Virus record (IMG/VR): IMGVR_UViG_2061766007_000514
DNA from: an uncultured virus (IMG/VR IMGVR_UViG_2061766007_000514)
Lineage: Duplodnaviria > Heunggongvirae > Uroviricota > Caudoviricetes
Strand: one strand, 5' to 3'
DNA: 64,000 nt
How positions within the stretch are numbered: the stretch's first letter is position 1; each line of letters starts with the position of its first letter. Shown here in pieces: positions 1-9,617 of the stretch. Both the position numbers and the translations under genes were made by a program. The notes under the pieces were generated by a model that was not told the DNA's origin, searched no databases, and saw nothing but the letters and a program-made list of their open reading frames with translations.

Positions 1-65
1 CATGAAAGGGGGTGGGTGCATTTTAAACACCCTCCCCCGGGTACTTGGCGGTTAAATCTTGGATG

Positions 66-305
66 TCAGCTGACTCGTTTAACTTTTCGATACTTGTTTT
101 CTGGATCTGTTTCAATAATTTCATCAATTGCTTTTCCAATCTCATCATTGTATTCAGCTTCAGAAAGAAGTTCTGTTACATGAGCAACTCTTGCTAAACG
201 TTCACATGTGTTGTGCTGATTAAGCACATCATAAGTGAACCATTCTCTAAAATTATCGAAGGGATCATAGGGGTTATCTACCGTGGTGATAGCATATTCA
301 GTCAA
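66..305 (-). CDS. small acidic hypothetical protein downstream of RNAP
   Basis: 79-aa ORF with SD (AAAGGAG) upstream; TTVDNPYDPF motif. Confidence 0.7.
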   Translation of the reverse strand: MTEYAITTVDNPYDPFDNFREWFTYDVLNQHNTCERLARVAHVTELLSEAEYNDEIGKAIDEIIETDPENKYRKVKRVS

Positions 306-320
306 TGTGGTTCACTCCTT

Positions 321-3265
321 TCACATGTATTTCGATACAGAAGACTTAGAGCATCCGACAGCTTCAGCAATAGCAGCTATCGAGTAACCAGATGCTTTCA
401 TTGCTTTAATCTTATTCTTTTGTGCAACAGTAAGTTCTGAACTTCTTCTTGGCAAAGCATAAGACTTAACATTATTCATGTCAGCATACTTAAGTAATTC
501 AGTTAATTTACTGTCACTGATTGCACCAGCTTGAACAGCTTTCCATTCTTTATCAGTGAAGATTATTGGCTTTCGTTTTGCACCAACAACAAGTCGAGCA
601 TCAGTTAAAGCTCTTTGTCTTTCCTTATCAATTAATGATTTGTATTCTTGTTTTGTTAAACCTTGTGCTTCATAAGCTTTTTTCTTTGCTTGTACACGAC
701 TAATAGCTAATCGTTGAGCTGCTCTTTCACGAGGACGATTCATCTTAGCAAGCTTTAATTGGGCATCTAATGAATCAACTTCATCTTTATACGCATTTTT
801 AGCTGCCGCTGAATACGTTATAGACCCGGNNNNNNNNNNNNNNNNNNNNNNNNNNNNNNNNNNNNNNNNNNNNNNNNNNNNNNNNNNNNNNNNNNNNNNN
901 NNNNNNNNNNNNNNNNNNNNNNNNNNNNNNNNNNNNNNNNNNNNNNNNNNNNNNNNNNNNNNNNNNNNNNNNNNNNNNNNNNNNNNNNNNNNNNNNNNNN
1001 NNNNNNNNNNNNNNNNNNNNNNNNNNNNNNNNNNNNNNNNNNNNNNNNNNNNNNNNNNNNNNNNNNNNNNNNNNNNNNNNNNNNNNNNNNNNNNNNNNNN
1101 NNNNNNNNNNNNNNNNNNNNNNNNNNNNNNNNNNNNNNNNNNNNNNNNNNNNNNNNNNNNNNNNNNNNNNNNNNNNNNNNNNNNNNNNNNNNNNNNNNNN
1201 NNNNNNNNNNNNNNNNNNNNNNNNNNNNNNNNTAGACTTGGGGGCCTGGTAATCGCTCTTAGCCGCCGATATTAATGTTGCTGCACCTTGTGTATACTTC
1301 CCGTTTTCAATACGACCTTGATAGGTTTTCTTAAGCTCCGCTATATCGTTATCCCGGGCACTTTGCTTATAGTCTAGGTCGTGCTTGGTAGCATCAATGA
1401 TTACCATAGAGTGCTTAACAGCCCTTACTATTTCCTCGGGTTTAGCGCCTCCAAGCTGCATATCGGTAATCAGATTAGAAATTTGTCCCATCTCTTGCTG
1501 CGTTGCACCCTTTGAAAGACGGGGATAGTCACCTTCATGCTTATACTGGTTTGGATCAAAGTCCGACAACTCAGCGAATGCACCAGTACGAGGCTGATTC
1601 TGTATCTTAACTTTATCAGATAATGGGATGACCATTACAGTATCACCGTCAAAGTCTGCACCAGATAAGATTTTAGCTGTATTAGATGTAATACCAACAG
1701 CTGATCTAGTATCCATGCCAATCATTCGCATGCCTTCAGCATTCTTATTATTGACTTTTAAAATTGGAATCTCAAATAATCCAGCATGAGGATAACGAAC
1801 TAATGCAACCTCTGTACCATCTAAGTAATCAGGAGCAAATATTTCAGTATCTTTCTGTGAATTAACAGGCAGAATAACTTTGTATTTTTGTCCAGGAAAT
1901 GCCGCAGCTTTCAGATCAACCGCATTACCATCGCACTTACTAGCAAACTCTTGAAGTAACTTTCGCTTAACTGTAGGATTCGTATAAGCTAGGATTTCTT
2001 CATACTCAGCTATCTTATCAGCTTTAGAAAGTTCAATCTGTTTAATAATCGTTTCCTGCGGCTGCTTAGATAAGAACTGAGTGGCAAGTGTATCTTTCCA
2101 ATCATTCCAATCATCCTGATCGGCTCGTTTATTAATCAATGAAAGAGACTGCCGTACACCCTCTGAATTAACAAATTTTCCATTAGGATCATCATAATAT
2201 GACTGGCCACCTTTTTCCCTTTCTTTAATTGTAGATCCAAAAGGATTATCCGGATTGCTATCAATCTGTTTTAAAACGGTATTGTTTTTATCATTGCCAA
2301 GGGCCGGTGTTCCTTCTTTTTTATTAGTGTTAAATATAACATCAACACCATCAGGCATCTCTTTCGGGTCGCCATAAACAGCCATGCCTTTTNNNNNNNN
2401 NNNNNNNNNNNNNNNNNNNNNNNNNNNNNNNNNNNNNNNNNNNNNNNNNNNNNNNNNNNNNNNNNNNNNNNNNNNCACCGTCTTTTAACTCTCCACCCTG
2501 TTCACCAGCATATCTGATTTTAAGACGAGATGAATCCATGCTGGCAGGATATTCAAATGCTTTATAAATATCATTGCCATTATTGACTAAGATCTTGTCA
2601 TAGTCATCAACTGTCCCTATCTTGTCAACATCAAAAATATCTTTATGCTGATGTTCAGGTGTCGTTAAGATATGCTGAGTTGTCGAATGATTACCAGTCT
2701 TGTCTGTTACCTGTTGAAACCGACCATCATATACATGATAACCTTCCATCTTGAGTATCTCGAGTGCCGATTCCAGTTTTTCATGAGAAATATGAAGTTC
2801 AGCTTCAACGCCGTCTCCAACATCAACCATGCCTTTATTATCGACAATCTCTTTCAAATACTCAGCAGTAACATGGGCAGATGATTTTAAACGTTTCTCT
2901 TCTGTAGCGATCAAGCTTCGAACTGTAGACTCAGGAATTCCCATTCTTCGACCAATCTCGGTCGGACTTGTAATACCTTTTTCTCTCAGTTCTCGAATCT
3001 GTGCATAGCTAGCTATCTCTGCTTGTTCTTTTTCAACTTTAATGGCTTTACGAAGTTCTGTCGTCGATTTATAACCAAGAAATTGAGCAATCTCAGCCTC
3101 ACTAACACCATCTCTTCTTAAAGCAGAAACACGGTCAGATAAATTCTTCGGTCTTTGAAAGGGGTCTTCACCACTGCCAAGAGGATATCTTCCGGAACCA
3201 ATTGGCGCACCATCTAATTTGCTTACACCAACATGAGCTAAAATATCATTGGCTATAGGATTCAT
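321..3265 (-). CDS. single-chain two-barrel DNA-dependent RNA polymerase (YonO-like)
   Basis: ORF pieces 2351-3265, 799-2478 and 321-743 are separated only by N gaps; the frame upstream of 743 stays open to the gap (GSITYSAAAKNAYKDEVDSL). Catalytic GADFDGD and RYPH motifs; HTH-like segments at both ends. Confidence 0.85.
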
Positions 3266-3921
3266 GCTAACAATACACCCCTCTCTAAGAATTCATTTAA
3301 GTCTTGATCTCGTTGCTGAATTCGATTCATAAAATATCTAACTTCATCACTGCTAGGCTTATGCACTAACACTTCACAAAGCTGATAGATGCGAAGTTCG
3401 ATTTCATTCAATTCTTCCGGTTTAACCTTATATTCCAAACAAAAAAGAGCAGCATATACTAAAAGCTGCTCAATCTTAGCTTGGGTCTTTCCTGTTTTTA
3501 AATCGTGTACTCTAAGACATTTTGATCTATCGAAATATCCAATAGCATCTGTCGTACCAAAACAATTGTCAGAATAATAAAGAAGTATTTCTGCATCCAT
3601 CCCATAACTTACACAATCATTAATGTAAGTCATAAGATTTATAAACATAGAATCAAAGTCAAGAATATCAATAATGCAATCTGGTATTCCAGAGTCTAAT
3701 AAGTCAAGAACTACACTAGACTTATCATATTTATGCATTTTGAACTTATGCGAGATATACTTCTTAGCTATCCCGTGCATTAATGTACCAATAGTACTTG
3801 CATAATAAGATAAGACTCTTTGACGAAACTGTTCGTCTTCTTCTAATGCCCATGTTGGTCTGCTTGCACCTAAGATACCTGCATGCTGTCCTTCAAGTTT
3901 GTAATGCCTGTTCCAGATCAT
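3262..3921 (-). CDS. PD-(D/E)XK nuclease (Cas4/DUF2800-like exonuclease)
   Basis: GTLMH, FGTTDAI, VHDLKTG, QLLVYA motifs. Confidence 0.7.
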   Translation of the reverse strand: MIWNRHYKLEGQHAGILGASRPTWALEEDEQFRQRVLSYYASTIGTLMHGIAKKYISHKFKMHKYDKSSVVLDLLDSGIPDCIIDILDFDSMFINLMTYINDCVSYGMDAEILLYYSDNCFGTTDAIGYFDRSKCLRVHDLKTGKTQAKIEQLLVYAALFCLEYKVKPEELNEIELRIYQLCEVLVHKPSSDEVRYFMNRIQQRDQDLNEFLERGVLLA

Positions 3922-4189
3922 GTAGAACCTCCTCTTTATTCTCAGGAAATATAAAGCGTGAAAAAGACATATTGTTCATCTTCTCAACGTAATAATCCTG
4001 ATTAGCTTGATGCGCAGAGTTCTTTTCTCGCTTGCATTCAAGAGCTGCCCAACGATCTCCTTGAAATATAAATACATCTGGCCAACCTTGCTTACAATCA
4101 AACTTGGTAACCAATGCATCGGGAAACCTTTGTTCAAGCTCTTCAATTAATTTTGCTTGAAAGTCGCTCTCACGTTTCTTTCGTGCCAT
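3893..4189 (-). CDS. VRR-NUC-like nuclease / resolvase
   Basis: ESDFQ...GWPD...LECK...NQ pattern. Confidence 0.75.
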   Translation of the reverse strand: MARKKRESDFQAKLIEELEQRFPDALVTKFDCKQGWPDVFIFQGDRWAALECKREKNSAHQANQDYYVEKMNNMSFSRFIFPENKEEVLHDLEQALQT

Positions 4190-4253
4190 CTAACATTCCT
4201 CCAAAAATAAAGAGAAGAAGTAGTAAAAATTCGCCATTTTATCACTTCTCTCT

Positions 4254-4278
4254 CATTAAAGGGGATGTTTTTTACGCG
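4254..4278 (-). promoter_or_regulatory. 25-bp phage promoter-like motif, copy 1
   Basis: CGCGTAAAAAACATCCCCTTTAATG. Confidence 0.7.
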
Positions 4279-4325
4279 TCTGCAGTATTTTGAGCAAAAA
4301 ATAAAAGGAAAAGCCGCTGCTGCGG

Positions 4326-4614
4326 CTAATCCTCATCATCAGATATGAAATATTTATAATATTCAATCATTTCATCAAAAGTTGTAAATTCAGTTACTTG
4401 ATTCAATATCTCTACCGCTAATTGTTTTCCATTAGGTAAAAATATTTCAATTAGTTCAAAATTAATCAACGCTATACCAAGACCAAAAGTTGCCATAAAA
4501 TTTCTTATTGTTTTAGGCAACCAATAGTGCTGATTTATTATTGCTAATACGANNNNNNNNNNACAGAATAATAAATACAATAACCTTTACAACATTCCAG
4601 ATATTTTTGAACAT
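4326..4614 (-). CDS. small membrane protein (cassette gene)
   Basis: ATG at 4614 after SD GGGAG and motif copy 2; contains an N gap; hydrophobic segment. Confidence 0.5.
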
Positions 4615-4630
4615 AGTATTTCACTCCCTT

Positions 4631-4655
4631 CATATTAGAAGGTGTATTTTTTGCG
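4631..4655 (-). promoter_or_regulatory. 25-bp phage promoter-like motif, copy 2
   Basis: CGCAAAAAATACACCTTCTAATATG. Confidence 0.75.
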
Positions 4656-4666
4656 TTAATTCAAAT

Positions 4667-4935
4667 CTCGTCAAAAAATATCCAAAAATTCTTGCTCGTC
4701 CAACTGTCCAACTTTTTTNNNNNNNNNNNNNNNNNNNNNNNNNNNNNNNNNNNNNNNNNNNNNNNNNNNNNNNNNNNNNNNNNNNNNNCATTTTTCTCGT
4801 CCAAATACGAAAAAATATTTGGCCATTTGGCCAACTTTTTTGGACGAATTTTACATTTTTTCCCAATTTTTCAAGTTTTGTCCAAATATACTTGGACGGC
4901 GTCCACTTTTTCTGGACGAGTTTGGCCAGAAATTT
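4667..4935. repeat. AT-rich non-coding region with direct/inverted CGTCCAA and TGGCCA repeats; candidate replication origin
   Basis: CTCGTCCAA at ~4696 and ~4796; TGGACG at ~4841, ~4893, ~4913; TGGCCA three times; no credible ORF. Confidence 0.45.
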
Positions 4936-6083
4936 AGCAAAAAATAGAGGACCTGCGAAGCTCATTTTGAGCCTTACAAGTCCTCTTTTTACATTTTAAA
5001 CTTTCAATCCACGAAGACCATTCTCGAATTCAGTCAGCCCAAAACGATCCATTTTGAGCATTCTTCTTCGTTTTTTATCCTTGTTCCAACCACATCAATA
5101 ACAATCCTTCGGTCTACAATTACTATCTCGGCATTCATCAGGAAGAGTGCAGTCTGCATAATTGCAGAACTTAATTTCATTTTCCAATTAAGTTTCCCCC
5201 CTCTTTAGAAATAAGAATATTTACAGTATCCTTCATACACCCCGTAAACTGTTTTACAATACAAAGGCCTTCACTAGACGGTTTTTCAGCAATTAGAAAA
5301 CTAATTCCAGACATGATTGCCATCTGATTAACCAAAATTTGTTGTTGAATTCGATCTGGTCCAAGCATAGCCATACTCACGCTTCCTCAATATTTGCATA
5401 ATTTTTATCAAGTAATATAATACAAATACCGCGTCCTCCACATCCTATGCTTCTTATTTTAATCATATATGCATCACCGAAATACTTGAGAGCAGTGTTA
5501 TACGGCATTATTGTTGACATCACCTCATTATACACTTCTGATTTTTCAGGAATAAAAGTGTCATAAAGATGAAGATCTACATCAGCATTAAAAAGAAATG
5601 GCTTATTAAACTCGTACCATTCTTTAAACGAAATCGTCGGGACTGTAGGTGTCATCGGTATCATTCTCCTCTTCTTCGGCAACTTGGAATACCACTTCAT
5701 CAATCTTCTTACAAGCATTTTTCATGGTTTTGAACATCGGAGTGAAGAACATGCACACAGCCCCGACCACCACGCCAGCGACGAATCTTCTGTTTGCCAT
5801 TCTACGAGCATAGATCTCATGAATCATAAAGTCATGTCTGCCTCTCATATCAGTTACCTCCATTTTAATAATTTCGAAAAAATAAAGAAGGAGACCTTGT
5901 TAGATCTCCTCAAGTCTCTTACAGGAACTTCCAGACCGCATACAATCCGACCAGGATCAATCCGATCGGCCCAAACAGGGCATAACCGAGTGCTCCAGCC
6001 AGTGCATAGATCAGAAGNNNNNNNNNNNNNNNNNNNNNNNNNTCTCTTCCATCAGTACTCCTCCTTTAAATATAGTATTAACT

Positions 6084-6108
6084 CATATTAGAAGGAGTAA
6101 AATTCGCG
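6084..6108 (-). promoter_or_regulatory. 25-bp phage promoter-like motif, copy 3
   Basis: CGCGAATTTTACTCCTTCTAATATG. Confidence 0.7.
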
Positions 6109-6117
6109 AATCAGATT

Positions 6118-6318
6118 TTACCTCTTAGCCGTCTTTGCAGAGCATTTTGATCCATCGTGGTAGAAGACCGTATAGTGTTCAGGATCATGCTCTTCACCGC
6201 AAGCCGGACAGATCAGAAGCCCATGACTCTCCTCGACAATATAATTTTCATGGTAAATAGGGCAGTTCACCTGAATTTCATCGATCTTATTTCCATCAAA
6301 CAAATTTTCTCTAGTCAT
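6118..6318 (-). CDS. small Cys-rich (zinc-ribbon-like) protein
   Basis: CPxY and CPxC motifs; SD AAAGGAG. Confidence 0.5.
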   Translation of the reverse strand: MTRENLFDGNKIDEIQVNCPIYHENYIVEESHGLLICPACGEEHDPEHYTVFYHDGSKCSAKTAKR

Positions 6319-6742
6319 TTTGAACTCCTTTCATCATCTTTGCAATATAACCATTACTATGAATATCATCAGAGTTGCAATCACAAGGACACACATTTGT
6401 AGCCTGATAAGTTCCCATAGGAGCATTGGAACAGACTTTATCTAAATCTTCCACAACAAGCGCCTTCAGAAGCAGAAGATAGTTAATATGATCCGTAATC
6501 TTCTCATCCCAAAGCTCCATCGGAAAGATTCTTCCGCTCCTACACATGTCATAAATGCTGATCGTATGTTTAGCCATCATGCCGGCAAGAGCTTCCTTCG
6601 GATCACAGCTCTGCATTCCTGCAGCGTTTTTAAAATTATGAAGTCTGTCACTGGTAGCATATTCTTCTGCTTTCTTACAGAGAATATCAGTGCAACGCTT
6701 CATCTGAAGCTCAATAACATCGTTGAATCGTTCAGTCGTCAT
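6311..6742 (-). CDS. nucleotide-modification-associated (Nmad1/DUF1599-like) all-alpha protein
   Basis: KxxEYA..DRLHNFK and D.INYLLL pattern; likely start MTTERF at 6742. Confidence 0.5.
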   Translation of the reverse strand: MTTERFNDVIELQMKRCTDILCKKAEEYATSDRLHNFKNAAGMQSCDPKEALAGMMAKHTISIYDMCRSGRIFPMELWDEKITDHINYLLLLKALVVEDLDKVCSNAPMGTYQATNVCPCDCNSDDIHSNGYIAKMMKGVQND

Positions 6743-7025
6743 TTTGATCATCTCCCTCGGTCTTATTAACAATGGTGTCTTCAATGTTATAAATAGACTG
6801 TCGAAGACTTCTCATCGTGGATCTGAATTCGTTTTGAGAAACGGGCTGACTACCGTATCGATCGTAATAGTCTCGATATGATGTTGTTGACCCGTAAGGA
6901 GTCCTATAGTTTTTTCTATATTTTTTTGCGTCCTTGAAAGTATAGATTAGAGCATTAATAGCTCTATAAACTATTTCGCCAAGGAAGGAGGCGAGAACGA
7001 TCCAAAGAAACATAGTCCAGGTCAT
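6732..7025 (-). CDS. hypothetical membrane protein
   Basis: N-terminal hydrophobic helix; coupled to neighbours. Confidence 0.55.
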   Translation of the reverse strand: MTWTMFLWIVLASFLGEIVYRAINALIYTFKDAKKYRKNYRTPYGSTTSYRDYYDRYGSQPVSQNEFRSTMRSLRQSIYNIEDTIVNKTEGDDQNDD

Positions 7026-7234
7026 TACTTCTTCACCCCTTCCGACCTAAGAAACAGCTCATATGGATGTCTTCCATAGAGTTTCGCTTTCATAAGAAAT
7101 CCGCCATCCTGCTGTCCAAGGTTGATAAGCTGGTCCAGTTCATCCCTTCTGCCAATCCAATATCCAGAGATCGCAGTAATAAGGGAACCTCCGAGTGCCG
7201 TGAGCAAGAGAATCCTACTGTTAGGAATAATCAT
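7025..7234 (-). CDS. hypothetical membrane protein
   Basis: SD GGAGG; hydrophobic N-terminus. Confidence 0.5.
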   Translation of the reverse strand: MIIPNSRILLLTALGGSLITAISGYWIGRRDELDQLINLGQQDGGFLMKAKLYGRHPYELFLRSEGVKK

Positions 7235-7244
7235 GTCTGCCTCC

Positions 7245-8066
7245 TTAATTAATTTTCAATACTTCCTTTAGTGGTTTAGTAAAATATCCAGGATGCGCCA
7301 TGCCGTATTTCCGCATCTGCTGCTCCACTTTCTTCTTGATTTCCGGAATCTCTTCCTCCATAAGAGACTTCCATCCATCCTCACCTTCATAAGTGAGCAT
7401 CAGAGACTTCTCGTTCTTCGCCTTTCTCGCATCAATCACTCTCTCACAGAAGTTCTTAAGCTTCGGCCAATCTGCTTCATAAGCATGGAAGGAGTCAGCT
7501 GTGTGAATGTATCTACCGACTTTCACACCAAGCACTTCAGCAACGATCCTCTGAATATCAATCAGAGCAAATGCATTCATGAAAAATGCCTTGACAGCAT
7601 CATTACTCCGGAAAGTAACATAGCAATCAAGACAATTGTCATTGATAAGGAAGTGAATCAGTTGCAAACAAGGTGGATCATCCATGGAAGTATCCTGCGG
7701 CCTTCGAATGGCAATTGATGCTCTCCTGGTATATGGATCAATTTTGAGCAACTCAACAACTTCTATCAGCTGTTCTATCATTCGGTTATGATAAGTATAC
7801 GGCCAGTTACCAGCAACCTGATACTCGAAGTCCATGATGCCGTCTTCCATTTCCATCAGATACTGCTGAAGTGCTGCAGGATCACAAGGAATCAGCTTGG
7901 ACAGATGTGGTTCTTCAAGCGGTCTGGCAATATCAATGGTAACACTGATGGATTTCTCACGAGTGTTATATGCAGGGCATGGACGAATATTACCATAGTT
8001 ATTCAAGACACTCAGTGCCTGATGGTATGCTTCAGGGAGTGTCGCTCCGTGAACGATGTGATGCAT
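7245..8066 (-). CDS. thymidylate synthase-family protein (ThyA / dUMP hydroxymethylase-like)
   Basis: TRRA, catalytic PPCL, FRSND...N, SFHAY motifs. Confidence 0.8.
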   Translation of the reverse strand: MHHIVHGATLPEAYHQALSVLNNYGNIRPCPAYNTREKSISVTIDIARPLEEPHLSKLIPCDPAALQQYLMEMEDGIMDFEYQVAGNWPYTYHNRMIEQLIEVVELLKIDPYTRRASIAIRRPQDTSMDDPPCLQLIHFLINDNCLDCYVTFRSNDAVKAFFMNAFALIDIQRIVAEVLGVKVGRYIHTADSFHAYEADWPKLKNFCERVIDARKAKNEKSLMLTYEGEDGWKSLMEEEIPEIKKKVEQQMRKYGMAHPGYFTKPLKEVLKIN

Positions 8067-8448
8067 CGAGCTCTCCTTTCAAGTAATTACGCAATTTCAT
8101 CCCAAGAGCTTTATTTCCAAGTTTTCTAGGATGTGCATCAATAAATATCTGCATTTCTTCAAAATAGTCAGCCACATCATTATAATCGGAAAATGCTAAT
8201 ATTAGAAAGAATTCTGTCATTTCAGCAGAATCAATACTTGCCATTGCCATGTCTAAGTAAAACAGAATAGCCCCACAATATGAAGCGGTCATTTCCGACT
8301 GTCCGGTTTCTAAATGCATCATCGTTGTTCGCGATATACCAAGATCATTTGCTAGATCCTCTACGGTGTAACCAACTATTTTCCTTAGGATTGGTAAGCG
8401 TGCCTGAACCTGAGCCTGTAATTGCATTCTATTAACGATGAGTTTCAT
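8032..8448 (-). CDS. XRE-family HTH regulator
   Basis: LRKIVGYTVEDLANDLGISRTTMMHLETG. Confidence 0.75.
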   Translation of the reverse strand: MKLIVNRMQLQAQVQARLPILRKIVGYTVEDLANDLGISRTTMMHLETGQSEMTASYCGAILFYLDMAMASIDSAEMTEFFLILAFSDYNDVADYFEEMQIFIDAHPRKLGNKALGMKLRNYLKGELDASHRSRSDTP

Positions 8449-8837
8449 TTAATCCTCCAAAAGTCTCAAATCTAGAGTTTCGTTATCTGACTTACCGTTG
8501 AAAATATAAAGCTGTATAGCATCATTAACAATCTGATAACCTTCCACTACAGCTTCACCGGTAAGATAAGGAGCGATACGGTTGTTCAGAACATTTTTGG
8601 TACTTCCGATTTTATATGGGACTCTGATTTTGAGCGTTAGCATTTATCTGCCTCCTTATACAAATTAGTGCCTTTCCTTTTCTTTATAGCATTCCGGAAC
8701 TCGGGTGGATTCTCTTACGCAATTATCAAGGCAAGTGTTACAAGGTTCAGTATATTCTGGCTTTTTCCGATACTCACATTTTTCGCAATACTGCTGGTAG
8801 TCGACTTCCATAAGGTTAGCATCCATTTTGATCCTCC

Positions 8838-9407
8838 TTAATCTACCGCTTTCTTCTTTGGTTCCTGAATCTTAATATGTCGATCAAGCCATTTGTGAAA
8901 ATGAGTTGTGCTGCCACAGAGCCTCTTCATATAAGCCTGTGCAAACGCCGAGTAAATATCATCAGGATCATCCGGTTTTCTTTTAACAATAGTCTTAGAT
9001 CCGCCTCTCCAAATGACTATTAGGGCATTATTATTCTTGATAATTTCTTTCGGCTCCCAAGCCAAGATATAAGTGTTATCAAGAATCATGTTACGCATTA
9101 TTGAACCAACAAAGGTTCTTCCATTTCCACGCGGAACATTCACAGTCAAATAAGTTCCGTCCGTACTTTTAGCATAAAGCGATGCATCAAAGATATCATT
9201 GGTGGATGGACCCATTTTTTCAGTTTCTCTCCTTTCGTTTTCATGTACGTACATATCACGCATAACTTTAGACGGTGACTGGATATCAAGTTCATGCTTT
9301 ATATCCTCTATAGCCTTCTCTATAAGAGTATACATAGCATCCTTCTGTGTCTTGGACATAGTGTCAACTACATCTCGAATATTTAAGATTACCTGTTCCG
9401 TAGGCAT
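8838..9407 (-). CDS. chimeric hypothetical protein carrying capsid-scaffold-like and tape-measure-like peptides
   Basis: SD GGAGG; aa 10-35 match the capsid scaffold, aa 39-51 match the tape measure; C-terminal common phage domain (LIVIW.GG.KTIVK). Confidence 0.7.
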   Translation of the reverse strand: MPTEQVILNIRDVVDTMSKTQKDAMYTLIEKAIEDIKHELDIQSPSKVMRDMYVHENERRETEKMGPSTNDIFDASLYAKSTDGTYLTVNVPRGNGRTFVGSIMRNMILDNTYILAWEPKEIIKNNNALIVIWRGGSKTIVKRKPDDPDDIYSAFAQAYMKRLCGSTTHFHKWLDRHIKIQEPKKKAVD

Positions 9408-9455
9408 TTATTCAACCTCCATCTAATATAACTGCCTCCAATAAATAAAAATAAA

Positions 9456-9537
9456 GAGAAAGCCCTTATCCCGGCGAACAATATTAAATTTTTAGATTTT
9501 GCTGAGAGAAGCCAGCGGTGTGTATAAGAGCTTTCCC
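9456..9537 (-). ncRNA. structured RNA 3' of the tRNA; diverged member of the CAGCAA hairpin family
   Basis: Closing stem GGGAAAGCTCTTAT/ATAAGGGCTTTCTC followed by U-tract; internal CAGCAAAATCTA identical to array unit D. Confidence 0.45.
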
Positions 9538-9540
9538 TTT

Positions 9541-9617
9541 TGGTGGGCCTTCAGAGATTTGAACTCTGGACCTGGAGATTATGAGTCAACTGCTCTGACC
9601 TACTGAGCTAAAGGCCC
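9541..9617 (-). tRNA. tRNA with CAT anticodon, Ile2-like (Met not excluded)
   Basis: GGGCCTTTAGCTCAGTAGGTCAGAGCAGTTGACTCATAATCTCCAGGTCCAGAGTTCAAATCTCTGAAGGCCCACCA; full cloverleaf, encoded CCA, two mismatches in anticodon stem. Confidence 0.85.

Noticed and set aside
5918..6052. Programmed frameshift in the small membrane ORF after motif copy 3
   Set aside because: Two hydrophobic half-frames differ by one base near GCCTG; a sequencing/assembly indel or simple mutation is more likely, and there is no slippery site
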